Origin: Azolla caroliniana
Lineage: Eukaryota; Plantae; Polypodiophyta
DNA: 64,000 nucleotides
Assembly (NCBI GenBank): GCA_043228905.1
Contig: JBHGNT010000012.1
Coordinates: 15,376,001-15,440,000 of the forward strand
Reading direction: 5' to 3'
Below the pieces are notes generated by a model that saw nothing but the letters and a program-made list of their open reading frames with translations, did no database searches and was not told the DNA's origin. Position numbers and translations under genes: made by a program. Numbering within the stretch: the stretch's first letter is position 1; every line of letters starts with the position of its first letter. Positions 25,216-38,860 of this stretch are shown in pieces.

Positions 25216-26079
25216 CCCCTTGTGCGTTCATCTTGTGTGCTCATCTTTGGTTGTACCCGTTTGATCACTCAGCTCATGCGGTGATCTTGAAAGCTCGACG
25301 AGTCGTAATCAACGAAAGCCACAGGCCCTACAAAAAGGGCAATGAGCCCTTGCTTGGGAAGTAGTCTTGTCGTCGAGCAAACCTTGGGTCTTCTCTATCC
25401 CTTCGTACTCCCTAGTCCAAGACCTATGTGGTCCCGCCCAAGTAACACACATGCGCGAAATTTCGCGATAGCGGTCGAGCCCGTGTGCCGATGTGAGATC
25501 GAAGAGAAGGGAGGTAGCAGTGAGGAGACTTGGCATGATGCCAACGGAGATGGACAAGAGGTGGTCTGTGAGGAGGCCAAGGACAAAGCCGTGGAAAGCC
25601 AAGCGGAGAAGCAAGGGGCGGCCCCGCGGATAAAAGAGTCGGAAGTCGGCCTAACTGGGAATCGATTAGGTCGACATTCCGATTCGGATGAACGCGATAT
25701 AGACATGGATCGTTTGACCAAAACTGACCTGACATGCCAGAGATCGGTTTAATGAGAGAGAAGAGGCAGTCGGGGTTGATTGACCGAGGACGGGTCCAAA
25801 TGGGAGCCGAGAATGTTGAGTTCCAGATGACCGAGCCAGACAAAAGTCAAACCGACCCGATCAGGGGTTGTAGAGCCGAGATCGATGGACACGGAGACGG
25901 GAATGAGTGGGGACGGTGGCCACGAAGAGAAGGATCGAGAGGGATCCTCCACACTTGATCATGAGACTTCGACAATTGTGGACCAATGTAAGACCGAGGA
26001 GACGGAGGGTGGTGGCGAGGGGATGAAGGTCGTAGCAGAATCATATGCAAGGCCTCGACCCATGATATTATCAACATTA

Positions 26080-27380
26080 AATCCACATGAACCAAGATGC
26101 CAAACCGGTTCAATAGCGGTAGTACCATAAGAATCGTAACTACGTGGCCAAGGTGAAGGAAGAAATCGACAAGTTGATGCACGTAGGATTTATTCAACCC
26201 ATCAAGCAAGCCACATGGCTTAGCCCGATTGTCGTCATGGCAAGATCTGAGTTTGTGTTGACTATCAGAAATTAAATGCCGCCACCATCACCGATGCATT
26301 TCCACTACCCTTCACTGATGGGGTCCTCGATGCAGTCGCGGGCAATGAAATATATAGTTTCATGGATGGGGGTATAACCAAATTCAAATTCACCCAAATG
26401 ACCAGGAAAAAACCTCTTTCATCATCGAATGGGGTTTCTTTGTGGTGGTCATAATGATGTTTGGGCTAAAAACAACACCAATAACCTTTCAGCGGATCAT
26501 CACGAAAATTTTCGGGGAATATATCCCGACCTTCATGCAGGTCTTTTTGGATGATTTCATAGTTTATGGCCGCCAACGGGAACATCTCAACCATTCATGG
26601 TTGTGCCTCGACTGATGTCAAAAAGCACGATTGAGCCTAAAACCAACAAAATGTGCATTCGGCGTCTCCAACGATGCACTACTCAGACCTATTGTCAGCC
26701 GGGAAGGGCTCGTAGTAGATCCCGACAAAGTAAACACCATACTCACATCCCCGGCACTGCAAAACATGAAGGCCCTAAGCCGATTCTTAGGTCGGATTCA
26801 GTGGCACAGTCGAATGCACCATTACTTGGCCGATTTCGCGGCACCTCTGCACGTGGTTGTTCACCGCATGCCCTTTCAATAGAGTTCTACCGAATATGAG
26901 GCATACAATTGCTTGAAAATTATGTTTTCCCAAGCACCAGTGGTTCCAACCACCAGATTGGACGCAACCCTTCCATGTATTTGTTGATGCCTCAGATGTG
27001 GCAATTGGCAGTGCCCTCATGCAGTTGATGGCTCCCAACTGGTATCAACCAGTATATTACGTTAACTGATGTCTCTCGGTTGCCGGAAAGAATTATTCGA
27101 CTAGAGAGAGAGAGGCCCTTGGGATGATTTATAGTATAACCAAGTTTCAACATTATCTACTCGGGCGAAAATTCACTTTTCACGTTGATCACTCGACTCT
27201 CATATACTTGGTTATGAAACAATCCCTTAAAGGCAGACTAGCTTGATGGATGTTGTTGCTACAACAATTCGAGTTCGACATCCATCACTGATTGGGGGTA
27301 CAACATGCCATGGCCGACTACCTTAGTCGCCTTAAATCAGGAGAGCCAATCAAAGGTGTCATAGACAATTTTCCGGATGC
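26080..27380 (+). pseudogene. Degraded Ty3/Gypsy RT-RNase H
   Basis: Broken-frame motifs: WLSPIV, CVDYQKLN, MFGLKTTP, FLDDF, PTKCAFG, FHVFVDASD, NYSTREREAL. Confidence 0.8.
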
Positions 27381-27384
27381 AGAT

Positions 27385-27710
27385 GCCCTGTTTGCTTGAG
27401 GGTAATATGACATGCTCTTCTTGTGAATGATGACATAGTGGGTTGTAAGTTCGTGGATTGTATTGTTGATAAAATGGCCCCCATGGTCACTTACCAATTT
27501 GATTGGACAACCGTATCGGCACAAAAGGTGTTCATACATGAATTTCATCGTGGATGTGGCCGTGTTGTCCCGAAGCGCTTTAACTTCGACCCATTTGGTG
27601 CAGTAGTCAGTTGCGACAATGACATATTGATTTCCTGTTCGGGTGGCTGCTGGTTTGAATGGTCCCATGAAATGAAGGCCCCACTTTTGGAAATGTTCGA
27701 GTGGAGCTTA
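27385..27710 (-). pseudogene. Inverted Gypsy integrase core fragment
   Basis: ORF 27318-27668 contains VATDYCTKWVE, LVSDHGGHF and SYYPQAN. Confidence 0.75.
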
Positions 27711-27979
27711 TGTTTCTAATGTTTCTTTTGTTGGTATCAGAGCTTATGTTTCTAATGTTTCTTTTGTTGGTTTTTGTTATCTTCTTGATGGATGGTGATC
27801 GATCGATGTGCAGTCGACCTTGATCCAGATAGCGATCAACAAAGGAACTTCGGTAACTCTTTCTTGTTTTTTTTTCTATTCTTTCTTCTACCAATCTAAT
27901 CATGTATAGTCAATATATGTTTTCTTTCATTGATTCAATGATGTTTTAGTGGTAATTAATTGGTTGTATAAAACGTTTA

Positions 27980-28250
27980 CATATGTGTATGAGGTCAATA
28001 CCTCATTTGACATATATTTGATATGTGATTCGTGTCGTATGCGTATGAGGTTAATACCTCAATTGCGTATTACGTTCACATCAATATGTTACGTATGCGT
28101 ATGAGGTCAATACCTCGATTTCTAAGTAAATGATATGCGTTTGGTGTCGTATGCGTAAGAGGTCAATACCTCAATTGCGTATTACGATTAACCGTTATTT
28201 TTGGATGTTTCGTGTGCGTAGAGGCTATATGCCTCGACTACGTATCTCGA
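27980..28250. repeat. Degenerate tandem repeat containing gtatgcgtatgaggtcaatacctc
   Basis: About 5 copies at ~55-65-bp spacing. Confidence 0.7.
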
Positions 28251-29339
28251 TTACATCATTTTTGGCTATTTGATATTACGATTTTTTTAAATATATGCAT
28301 ATGTGGTCACGTGTATACGTATTTAATCGTATATATGTGATAAATATACATATGTGTATATTAGTTATTACATGATTTCTATATCGAATGTTGTCCTTTT
28401 CGGGGAAGGGATCTTGGTGGCCGTCTTCATATTTTTGTGAGAATGGTGTAGTCACCATCCTTTTTTCAACAATTTTTTTGTTGACATCCCCATTGGACAC
28501 TTCGATTTCGTTATGTAACGAAACAATCATAGCCACAATGATGTTGAGAACGTAGGGCTTGACCCAATTCATGTGAGGTTGCTCCTATGGTACACATATC
28601 CAACATCCCTCCCTCATTACATGGATACGATGCCACCATGAGATCATTCTTACGAAAGGCATTCGTAATGACGCAACCATGTGATGGGCCACGTGGGCCT
28701 ACTACGAAAAGAGGGCTCATTTGGCTTGACCATTAGGTTGCACTTTGGCTTATGCCATCATAATTATGAGACTTGCGGTTAGGTAAGGTACCAACATAGT
28801 TTGTGGTAAACGAGAGGGAAATAAGGACTCTTGACATATATGTTTCTTTTAAAAAAAACATAAATGGCCAAATGCCTCGCATATCTCTTATACGCATAAA
28901 ACATTAAACATTCAACACGAGCAACCTATTTGGTTAGCTCAAGTGTTTAATGCATTTGTTCTCGAGGTCTCGAGTTCAAATATGACCAAGACCATACAAC
29001 ATTGTTGATACATATGGCTATAATACATGTTTAGACTTTAGGTCTAAGTCCACTTCGGGGTCTTCGTAATAGGACTTAAAGAACCGAAACCATATACGTG
29101 GGCACAAAACATAGTTTATTGTTAACATTTTTTTCGTGTATAAACTATTCATGATGCGAACATACATAGTTGAGCCTCGGGCAGCTGCCATGAAGAAATC
29201 GATATAGAGATCAGGGAAAGACATTCATTTGTCACCCCCATGGTTTTAAAACACCTTTGTGTTACCATAGTAACCTGAACTTAAACCTCATCTCATACGT
29301 CTAGAGGGGTATTGACGTGAGATCATGATATTGATTAAT

Positions 29340-31600
29340 GTTGGCCCATGATATGTTTACATCACGACTTGATGTTATGACTATTTGTCTTACCTTATCC
29401 TATTTTGTTGCCAGAAATTATCATTCAATGGTTCATAACAACGACCCGATGTCATCCGCTCAAGCGGAAGGAACTCAAGGAAATCCTCTTGGACCAACCT
29501 CCAATGAGTTGTATTTATTACAAATACAAAATTTTCTTTGTTCAACTGCTCATCAGATGTCCGAACTTCGCCAATCTCAAAGTGCTCTCGAGGCATGTGT
29601 CATTAGTTTACAATGTGACACTAATAGACCCGATGAGCGTTAGGGTGAACCATCATTTGTCGTAAAGCCATTTACGGGAGAATAAAAGGAAAGAACCGAA
29701 GAAGCAATCTGCACGTGGCTGGGCCTATGGGAGTCTCATTTTGAGTTGTATCCCACACTAGATAGTATGAAGATTGCATATGTCGGCCGAGAACTAGGGG
29801 GTAAGGCCACCGCCTGGTGGTGTGGGCTCCGAACTTTGGGGAAATTGCCTGATTCCTAGACAAATTTTGTCATAGTTTTCAAGGGTCAATTTCTGCAATC
29901 TCCCTCTCAATCCGAGGCAGCACAAGCTTTAATGAACCTCTCTAGCATGAAGTTTTCCTCGCTAGAAGACTATGTTAACCATGCTAGAACCCAAATCCAA
30001 AAATCAAGGTCTAGTAGGGGACAATTGGTTGATAGCTTGTTTTGTTAATGGCATTCCCAATTCGGACTATCATTGGATAGTGCACGATATGGATCCAAAA
30101 TCCTTCGAAGAGGCCGTTGAAATAGTTCTTCGCTATCAACGCACTTCGAAGAAGGAACATAACAAACGCAACGAAGCGCCCGGGACTAAACAATCACAAT
30201 TCGGTGGGAAACGCAAGACACCCAACAAATTCATGGATCGCGTTGTAAGCGACAACATCCTTTTTGCATATTCTGCAAAAAGAAGGGTCATACAAAAGAG
30301 CAATGTGGAAAGCTCCAATAGAAAGAGCACGACAACAAAACAAAAGTTGTAGACCATAAAGGTCAGATTCCTAATGTCCTTGAGGTTTATACACACCATT
30401 TAAGTAATTTTAAATGTTCTTTCCCTCACTATGTATTGGGACCTGATGATTTACTACGTGCAAACGGGTAAATCAATGGATCTCCCGTACAATTATATTA
30501 TTATTTAGGAAGCTCACATAACTTTGTGAATGATTGTTTGGTTCAGATATGGGGAATCCAACCCACCGTAAGTGATCACACTTATAGGGTACACTTGGCT
30601 GATGGAAGAGTATAGTACATCAATGGGGCAATTCATTCATTAGGAATTTCTATTGATACTTATATAGAGGAAGTAGACTTCCATGTAATGAGTCTTTGTA
30701 CCACTGATTTAATATTGGGTTATCCCTGGTTTTTTATTAAAAACTCTTCTTTATCTATTGACTAGGTTCATCATTTAATTACTTTTGTACTGAACGATTG
30801 TACTCATTTTATTCAATGTGTTAAAAAACAATCTCTTTCGATTGTTTCATCTCCATCAATATTTGAGTTGTCTTGTTCTACTTTATTTTATTGTGTACTT
30901 GATCCGAACATTCACGTTTACAATATTGATAATGTCTTTGGTTAATTATCATATTTTGAACAACAACAACTCGATGAAATCTTAAATGATTTTCGTGATG
31001 TTTTTCTAAGTGAACTACCAAATGGGTTACCTCCTAAACGTAATATAGACCATTGTATAGATATTGTACCTGGCGTTGCACCAATAAGTATACCTGCTTA
31101 TCGCTTAAGTCAATCTGAAGAGGATGAGGTATCTAAGCAACTCAAAAACTATTTACAAATGTGTTATATACGTTATAGTAAATCTCCATGAGGTGCACCT
31201 ATTCTCTTGGTAAAAAAGAAAGAGGGCACATGGTGTATGTGTATTAATTATTGACGCGTGAATAAAGTGACCATCAAGAATTCATATCCATTGGTCTGGG
31301 CTGACGATCTAATTGACTGTCTCTAGGGAGCTCGGTATTTGACGAAACTTGATCTCCGTATGGGCTACCATAAAATTCGTATTAGTGAGGACGATGTTCC
31401 TAAAACGACATTTTGTACGCGCTATGGCCATTATGGGTTTTTGGTTGTGCCTTTTGGTTTGACTAATGCTCCGGCCACATTTCAACAAGAAATGAATGCC
31501 ATTTTTCGAGAACAACTTGGAAAATTTGTCATTATTTTCTTGGATGATATTGTAGTTTATAGTCGTACATTAGAAGAACATGGTAGAAGGACGGGCCTTG
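29340..31600 (+). pseudogene. Degraded Gypsy gag-protease-RT (chromovirus-like)
   Basis: CIFCKKKGH-type knuckle (~30265), a GSSHNFV protease remnant (~30510), GLPPKRNIDH, and KLDLRMGYHKIRI...VVPFGLTNAPATFQ...FLDDIVVYS. Confidence 0.75.
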
Positions 31601-32640
31601 GCCAATAAGACGATGTCAACCATTTTCAAATTTCTACTCGAAGAGGTCGTCTAGTGATATGGATATGTGGGAAAGATAGTGGTTGACTGATGGGAGTTGG
31701 ATGCACACGAAGCAATGGAGCTCTTCGCGCAACTAGGTGTGAAGCTCTCCCTCACGACTGCCTACAATCCAAAAGCAAATGGGAAGATCGAGCGAGGGCA
31801 TGGACCAATAGTCAAAGCCATCGTACGAGCATTTGACAGTCGAGTCGGGAACTGGCCATGACTATTGCCCTATGCCTGGTGGGCCGACAGAACTACACAC
31901 AGTTCTGTGATAGGGTATATGCCAACAGAGCTTATGTATGGACAGAAGCTCGTAATACCCATCGAAAGGACGATCGCCTCATAGGTAACGATACCATGGG
32001 AGAACGAGATGAGCTGAGAAGAATAATTGGCAGCGCGGATAAGGTAGCAACAAGAAGGCTCGAAGATCTAGAAAATGTGCGAAAGATAATGGAGGCAACC
32101 TGAGTGAAGAACAAGATTTGGTTCGACAAGACACATTGACTATGTCCCAAGAAGATCGAAGAAGGAGATCGGGTATTGGTCTATGACAACCGCCTTGATA
32201 ACCAACACAGGACAACAAGAAAGTTCGCAAGAAGGTGGTTCGGACCGTATGTGGTGATGAGTGCCAACAACAATGCCCCCTACCACCTTGTGGAGCTAGA
32301 CGGATCAAGGTTGGCCATAGCCATTACAGGGAAAAGAATAAAGATCTTCAAGAAAAGACAAGACGAGGGTCCTGACCTCAATCAACTCAATGATGAAGAT
32401 AGTATACGGAACCCTCAAACTTGAGCAAGGTCAATGAGGATGAGGGGGAATTTGATTAATCACCGTAACCAAAATCTCACACTCTCTCTTGGCACATACT
32501 AGAGGACGTGCAGTTTGTGGGGGGTGGATGTCGTGAGGATTTTCGGCAACGGTGTGAAAATCGTGAGGAGCGGACAAAATCGAGAAGGTGTGATATGCAC
32601 GTGTGAAAGGGGTGATGGTCACACACGTACGCTAGCATGT
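31590..32640 (+). pseudogene. 3' end (integrase, PPT, LTR start) of a Trp-type Gypsy element
   Basis: Homologous to the integrase at 55736-56560 (RKFARRWFGPYVV...YHLVELDG). A G-rich PPT is followed by TGTCGTGAGG at ~32529. Confidence 0.75.
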
Positions 32641-33163
32641 TGTAATTAGGAACGAAATGAGAATTGGAAAAGAAATACTAGATGTAAGGTCAAACATGTG
32701 CACGTGTGATGTGTGCTCAAACATTTGTAAATATAAAAATAAGACTAAAGCCGAAAAACATTTGAGTGCATACAAAGGGGTGCAAGCAAGGTTTGAACCT
32801 TGCACCTCTAAGATAAAAGACAAATTGACTTACCACCAAAGCTACTACTAAGTGCTTAAACTTTTGTATATTTTCTTCTTATATTCAATATTCTAGTGTA
32901 TAAAACGGTGTCCACAAAACCATGGGCATGTCATTAGCAAACCCATGTGCACAAAACCATTGTTTTATCCCATGGTTTGTGCATGTTACAAGCATAGTGA
33001 GACCTAGTTGGGCTTGTGTAAAGGGGAGCAGTGTGTTGAATCAAGAACATAAGAATAATAAAATTCTAGTTACCTCATTGGTCTTGTCTCTAAAAACTTG
33101 GAGTCAAGGGTTCAATGTTGAAATTGGAGGCTATCTATCAATCTCTCTCTCTATCTTAATACT

Positions 33164-33919
33164 TGTTGGGAGACAGGTCCCTCCGGATGGGAAAGGAGAA
33201 GAACAGTGCTGATGAACAAACTCGGCCGAGGCCGAAACCGTATGAGGAGTACCTGGCCACGGAGAGTCGGATGGTGCAGACCCGGTGAAGACCGGATGAG
33301 GAGTACCCGGCTACGGAGAGCCGGATGGTGCAGACCCGATGAGAACCGGATGAGGAGTACCTGGTTACGGAGAGCCAGATGGTGTAGACCCGGTGAGAAC
33401 CGGATAAGGAGTACCCGGTTACGGAGAGCTGGATGGTGCAGACCCGGTGATGAATGCTCACCGGATGAAGAGACATATTCGTAAATATGTTTCTGAGAGT
33501 CCATCGAGGCTATATTTGTAAATAGCCGAAAAGTCATATTAGTATAAATATGACTTAGGGCAAACTTTTAGGTTACTGTTGTTATTGTTATTCTTGTTGG
33601 CGCAAGGAGAGAGAGAGCGCGGAACTGTGTACAGAGAGAGAGAGAGAGAAAGAGGTCATTGCCTCTGTTGTAACCGCCGCCTGTGGCGAGGATCGTGAGC
33701 ACGAGGTCGTTGCCTCTGTGAACTCACTGTTGTACATTCTAGCATAGTGATAGTTTGCAGTCTGTGGGCTACCGTGGTTTTTCCCTTAGTTTGGGTTTTC
33801 TACGTAAACATCCTGTGTACACTTCTCTTCTTCGTGCGTTTTATTTCCCGTTTTCTGTGTATGATTCTAAGCTCGGTTGTGGCCGAGCGTTGTGTATAAG
33901 GAGCGTACAGTTCCCGTCA
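33164..33919 (+). mobile_element. Solo Copia LTR, related to the LTRs of 46262-51721, with internal ~54-bp tandem repeats
   Basis: TGTTGGGA...TCCCGTCA termini and TSD ATACT (33159-33163 / 33920-33924). Confidence 0.85.
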
Positions 33920-33989
33920 ATACTTTCTCTCTTACGCTAGTAAAACTTCGAATCCTTCCGGTCTAGGACCCTGACAATTCCACTTCATT

Positions 33990-36900
33990 TCACAAACACT
34001 CGTGGATTTCCTCGACAACGGCTCGAAAGTTGCAGCTTTGACAAGGGCTTAATAGTATCTGACAACGGGACATGTCGGTCACAAATCAAGGAGATCTGTG
34101 ATGCACTCGGGTCCATCAACGTGAAGGTGGCCGAAGACGAGATGGTCCAGATCTGCCTACGTGGTCTAGCTCAATGGTACAGACCAATCCAGATGGCAAT
34201 TTGCACTTGGGAGAAGTCACCGTCCTTTTTCAACCTGCAATCGATGCTCATGGTCGAAGAAAACCACGTGAATGGGTCAAGGACCACTCAATCGGACAGT
34301 CGGACGTTGTACATGGAGGCGGATCGGCCCCGTGAGCGTGGAGGACGAGGTGGGTCGGCATGCAATAGCAGTGGCCGGCAAGAGCAGAATCAGAGGCACA
34401 GAGATGGTGCAGACAGTAGTTCGGGACCCTCCACAACCAGGGGGAGACAAAACGGTGCCGGAAACTGGCAAGGGAAGGCCAACACAGAATGTTGGTAGTG
34501 TGGCAAGAAAGGCCACTAGGAAAGAGAGTGCTGGAAGAAGCGCGCCGATTCGGATAAATCCAGATCCGACAAGGCCAGACAAGGGAGCCGACAAAGCTTG
34601 CACTACGTCTAGGGATCGGAAGGATCCGGAACCGGAATGACCGGAAAAGGGCCAGTGATGAAGCACAAAGTGAACTCAATGAAGAAGACCACTTCCGGAT
34701 CGGAGGAAGTGTGGTACGTTGATTCCGGAGCATCCAACCATATGAGGAGCCATGAAGAGTGGTTCTCGTATTTATAAAAACCGAAGTAAGCGGGAGTTGT
34801 TGAAACCGAAGATGACACTCCTCACTCGATAGTGCATGTCGGACAACAAGGTAAGCTTATGAATGTGGTTCACGTTTCGACAATCACAAAGAACCTGGTG
34901 TCAGTCGGACAGATCGTCGATCAAGGGATGCAAGTACGGTTTATGCACCTCAGGTGCTTCATTGAGGAAGTTGGACTTGAAGTCGGAGAATTGCATATGG
35001 TTACTCTCATGAGCAGAAGGGGTACAAGTGCTACAACCCCTAGACTAAGCAAGTACAAGTAAGCCGAGATGTCAAATTTGACGAGTCAACATCTTGGTAC
35101 TATGTAGCAACTCCAACCCCCGACTCTGACCCGATTCTGGAAGATGAGGCTAGTGAGACCGAAACGATCGGGGCTGTAGAAGAAGAAGACTTCGGTACTC
35201 TATACGAGAGTCCAATTTCATTTCAGTTCACTGGGTCGAACGAACGACTGAGTCGGAATGACTAGTTCGATGAAGAGCCGACGACTAGCGAAGACTCATC
35301 CATGCTTTCCCGACGTAAAGAACCAATGAGACGGTACACGGGGGAAGAAGAAGATGCTGGAGTATGACAATGGGAAAGAAGAATCGGATAAAAGCGAATC
35401 CGAATCCGGAAATAACGAAGATTGACCTTCGGATTTGGCCAAGAGGGCCTTAAAATCGGCTAATGAGGTCTTTTACCGGTTGACGATTCATTCAACCGGT
35501 AAAAGACCTGGTTAATGCCTAAGGGATAAGCGCAAACCCACAAAATTGACTACGATGAGACCTTCACTTCGGTAGCGAAGATGATGGCGGTTCATGTGGT
35601 GTTGGTAGTAGCCACGGCAATGGGGTGACATCTTCACCAAATGGACGTGAAGAATGTGTTTCTTCAAGGTGACCTTGAAGAACAGGTCTACATGATCCAA
35701 CCCCCCGGTTTTTAGTCGGAGATGAATGAGTCAACAATGTGCCAACTCAAGAAGTCACTTTATGGCTTGAAACAAGCCCCTTGTGCTTGGAATTCGAAGA
35801 TCATGCACCGGTTGCATAAGATGGGGTTTGCGGCCTCGAAGTCAGACTCTTCACTGTTCATCCAAAAAGGTCCAGTTGGTCTGGTATGCATACTGCTCTA
35901 TGTGGACGATCTAGTCATCACCGAACCCGAACTCGCTGAAATCGGCCAAGTGAAGTCCCAGTTGTCGGATGCATTCGAAGTGATCCATACCCCAGACGAC
36001 ATACTACTCTCACAACGACATTATGTGTTAAATATGTTGTACAAGTTCGGCATGACAGATTGCCGACCAGTCTCCACACACTTGGACCGGAATCTAAAGC
36101 TTCGTCCCGACTCCGAACTGGCCTACAACGAGAAACGGTTCCGACAGATTGTTTGAAGCCTCATCTATTTCACTGTCACACCATCTTTCTAACATTAGCT
36201 ATCTAGTCGGGATGATAATTCAATTCATGCAGAAGCCGACTGTCGAGCACCTTCAATGCGCACACCGAATACTGAGGTATGTTAGTGGCACTAAGGAACG
36301 GGGATTGTTATACTGACATGGTATAACCGAAAAGCTAGTTGGATATACGGATGCCGACTGGCCCGGTGATGGTCAGATCGTCAGTCCACTTCCGGTTACA
36401 TGTTCTCTCTAGGTAGCGTTGTTGTTGCGTGGAGCAACAAAAAACAACTAAGAGTGGTTCTTTTCAACACTGAGGTTGAGTATCGGGGTGCTACTGTTGC
36501 CACCTGTGAAGCCATATGGCTTGGGCGGCTACTACAAGACCTTTGAATTGAAGTACCGACTCTGATCCCTATTTACTGCGACAACATGAGCAACATGCAG
36601 CTAGCCAAGAACCTTGTGTTCCATGCTCGGACGAAGCACATAGAAGTGCATTATCACTTTGTGTGCGAGCGGGTCCTCAGTGGTGAAGTAGAACTCTGGT
36701 ATGACCCAACGGATCAATAGGTTGCCGACATCTTCCCGAAGGCCCCCGGAACCGACAAGTTGCAACATTTCTTGGAGTTGCTTGGTCTTCAGCATCTCGA
36801 CATGCCACACTTGAGGGGGAGAATCGGAACAGAAACCATAAAAATAGGCAAAGGCACCGGACAAGTAGCCGAAGAGAAGGAAACAACCGAAGCAGGGGGA

Positions 36901-37821
36901 GACAAGAAGAAAAAGGAAGACGCGTTGACTGAAGAAGTCAGCATATCCGATAAAGTCGGAACAAGTGACGATGGCGGTAGAGTCAACAAGGACAAAGTCG
37001 ACCGGAGGAAGAAGGCCAAGACCTGGACGTGGTCCGACTTGGTGAAGGGCTTGGAGGTTGAAGACGAATTGGAGACAACCAATTCGGACAAGAGCTGGAA
37101 TGAATCGGAGGCACTCAATTTGGAGGAGCCGGATCAATTGAAGGACAACGGATGAGGAGGCAGCAAAAGTCAACACTGACATGGAGGAACCGACAGGTCA
37201 AGAAGGGTCGGAGTCACAACAACAAAGGAGCAGACAAGCCGACCGAGATGGTCGAGGTGCACGGGACTGGACGGGTCGAGGAGCGTGAACGAGACGTGAA
37301 GACGCTAGAAGAAGCCCACTATGCAGACACTAACTCAACGATCTGACCTCAAGTTGAGCTTGAGGGGTAGTGTTGAGTGGACAAGCTCAACCGGTTCCAG
37401 ATCGGCTGAATAAGCTGGAACCGGATCAGTATCCGGAATGGAGAACCAGATAGGTATCGAGATCGATGTCCGGAACCAAGAGCCGAACTGGATTATAACC
37501 GGTAGGCCGTTAGAGGTCTACAACCTTAGCCTAGTACATAGGTATATTCCTTGGAGTTAGTGTCAGTTGCTCGTATGAGCATTGAAGTACTTGTTAGTAC
37601 TTCTGTCAGTCCTTTTAAGGACTTGTATAAAAAGTGTTTTGTAGGACATTTGTATGTATAGAGCATTATTATTTTGAATTGATTTTATGCTATTCTGCTC
37701 TCTTTGTCTCTCCTATGTATTTTCTGTTTTGAAGCTTCCATTAAACCTATGCTTACCCTCTTTTACTATCCAGTGAAGCCTGTTTTGTCTATAAGCTTCC
37801 GCACGCTACTCTTTTCAAGCA
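33990..37821 (+). mobile_element. Degenerate Ty1/Copia element with internal deletions and a 3' LTR at 37371-~37820
   Basis: gag (MVQICL...LQSMLMVEENH, CW.CGKKGH), WYVDSGASNHM, LKKSLYGLKQAP, LYVDDL and TKHIEVHYHF. A PPT (tgaggggtag) precedes TGTTGAG. Confidence 0.8.
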
Positions 37822-38860
37822 TCTTGACGGGCCTCAATTGAGGGGGAGAAATGGGATAGTTGGAGAGGAGAACAAAGGTAACGAGCCAAAGAAAGTGACA
37901 GCCGAAGGCAAGAGGAGGGATGAAGAAGAAGTCGAATTGACTGAAGAAGTTGATACATCCGGTAAAGCCAGAGCATGCGGTAGAGTCAAGAAGGACAGAG
38001 CTAACCTGAAGAAAAAGGCCAGGACCTGGACATGGTCGAATGTGGTCAAGGGCATGAAGAAGCAGGACGAATTGGAGACAACCAATTTGAACAAGGGCGA
38101 CAATGAATCAGAGTCAAGTGATTCAGTCGAGTGGTTTGAGTCGGAAGAACTGAATCATATAAAGGTTAAGCGAACAAGAGGGCAACCAAAGCTGACACCG
38201 AAACGAGGGAATAGACGGGTCGAGGGGCATAAATACCGTGACAACGAGCGAGCTAAGAAAAGCCTAAAGAGTAGACAAGTTGACCGAGGAGGACAAAGAG
38301 CGCCAGACCGAACGGGTCGAGGAGCGTGTGCTAGGAGACAAGCTAGCAGGAGGAGCTGAGGCGAAGAACCGGCAGAGTAAGAGAAACCTGAAGTTGAGCT
38401 TGAGGGGGAGTGTTGAGAAGCAAACTCAACATGGGCCGGATCGGCTGAATAAGTCGAGAACCGGATCAAATGAAGACCGATTGGTTAGGTCAGGACTGGA
38501 TCAATGGAGAGCTAGATCGGAGAGCCAACAAGCTGTTAGAGGCCTACACTCCTATTTTAGTAGGTAGTTATAACGTTAGGGGCCTATATTCCTATGCTAG
38601 TAAATAGGAATATTATGGGCCAAGTTAGTATCAGGCTCTTTAATGAGCATTAAAGTATTGATAGTACTTGTGTCAGGGCTTTATAAAAGTGCTCTATGAA
38701 CACACTTGTACGTACATAGTGTATTATTTTGAATAGAGTTTCTGAGTCGTTTGCTCTCTCTGTCTCTCCTACGTTCTGTGTTTCTCCATTATTTTCTCTG
38801 TTGTTGTTCGGCTGAGCCGGTTATGTTCTGTTTAGCTTCCACACGTAAATCTTTTCAATA
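37822..38860 (+). mobile_element. Second, diverged Copia 3' end (Pol tail, PPT, LTR 38411-38860) in tandem
   Basis: Homologous to 36790-37820. PPT TGAGGGGGAG, then TGTTGAG...CTTTTCAATA. Confidence 0.7.

Larger units (their letters stand above)
16065..25470 (+). mobile_element. Solo Gypsy LTR (~1.8 kb of own sequence) split by the DNA transposon at 16283-23873
   Basis: Starts TGTCATGA and ends TTTCGCGATA, with a 3' end homologous to LTR 14889-15770. Flanks gggg/gcgg are a possible 4-bp TSD. Removing it restores the repeat ggagacttc..gtcgagcccgtgtgccga also seen at ~15930. Confidence 0.6.

Noticed and set aside
28925-28990. tRNA-like A/B-box sequence (ggttagctcaagtg...gagttcaaat), with a similar one on the minus strand at ~32775-32850
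   Set aside because: No complete cloverleaf or anticodon arm. At most these are decayed tRNA-derived SINE heads.
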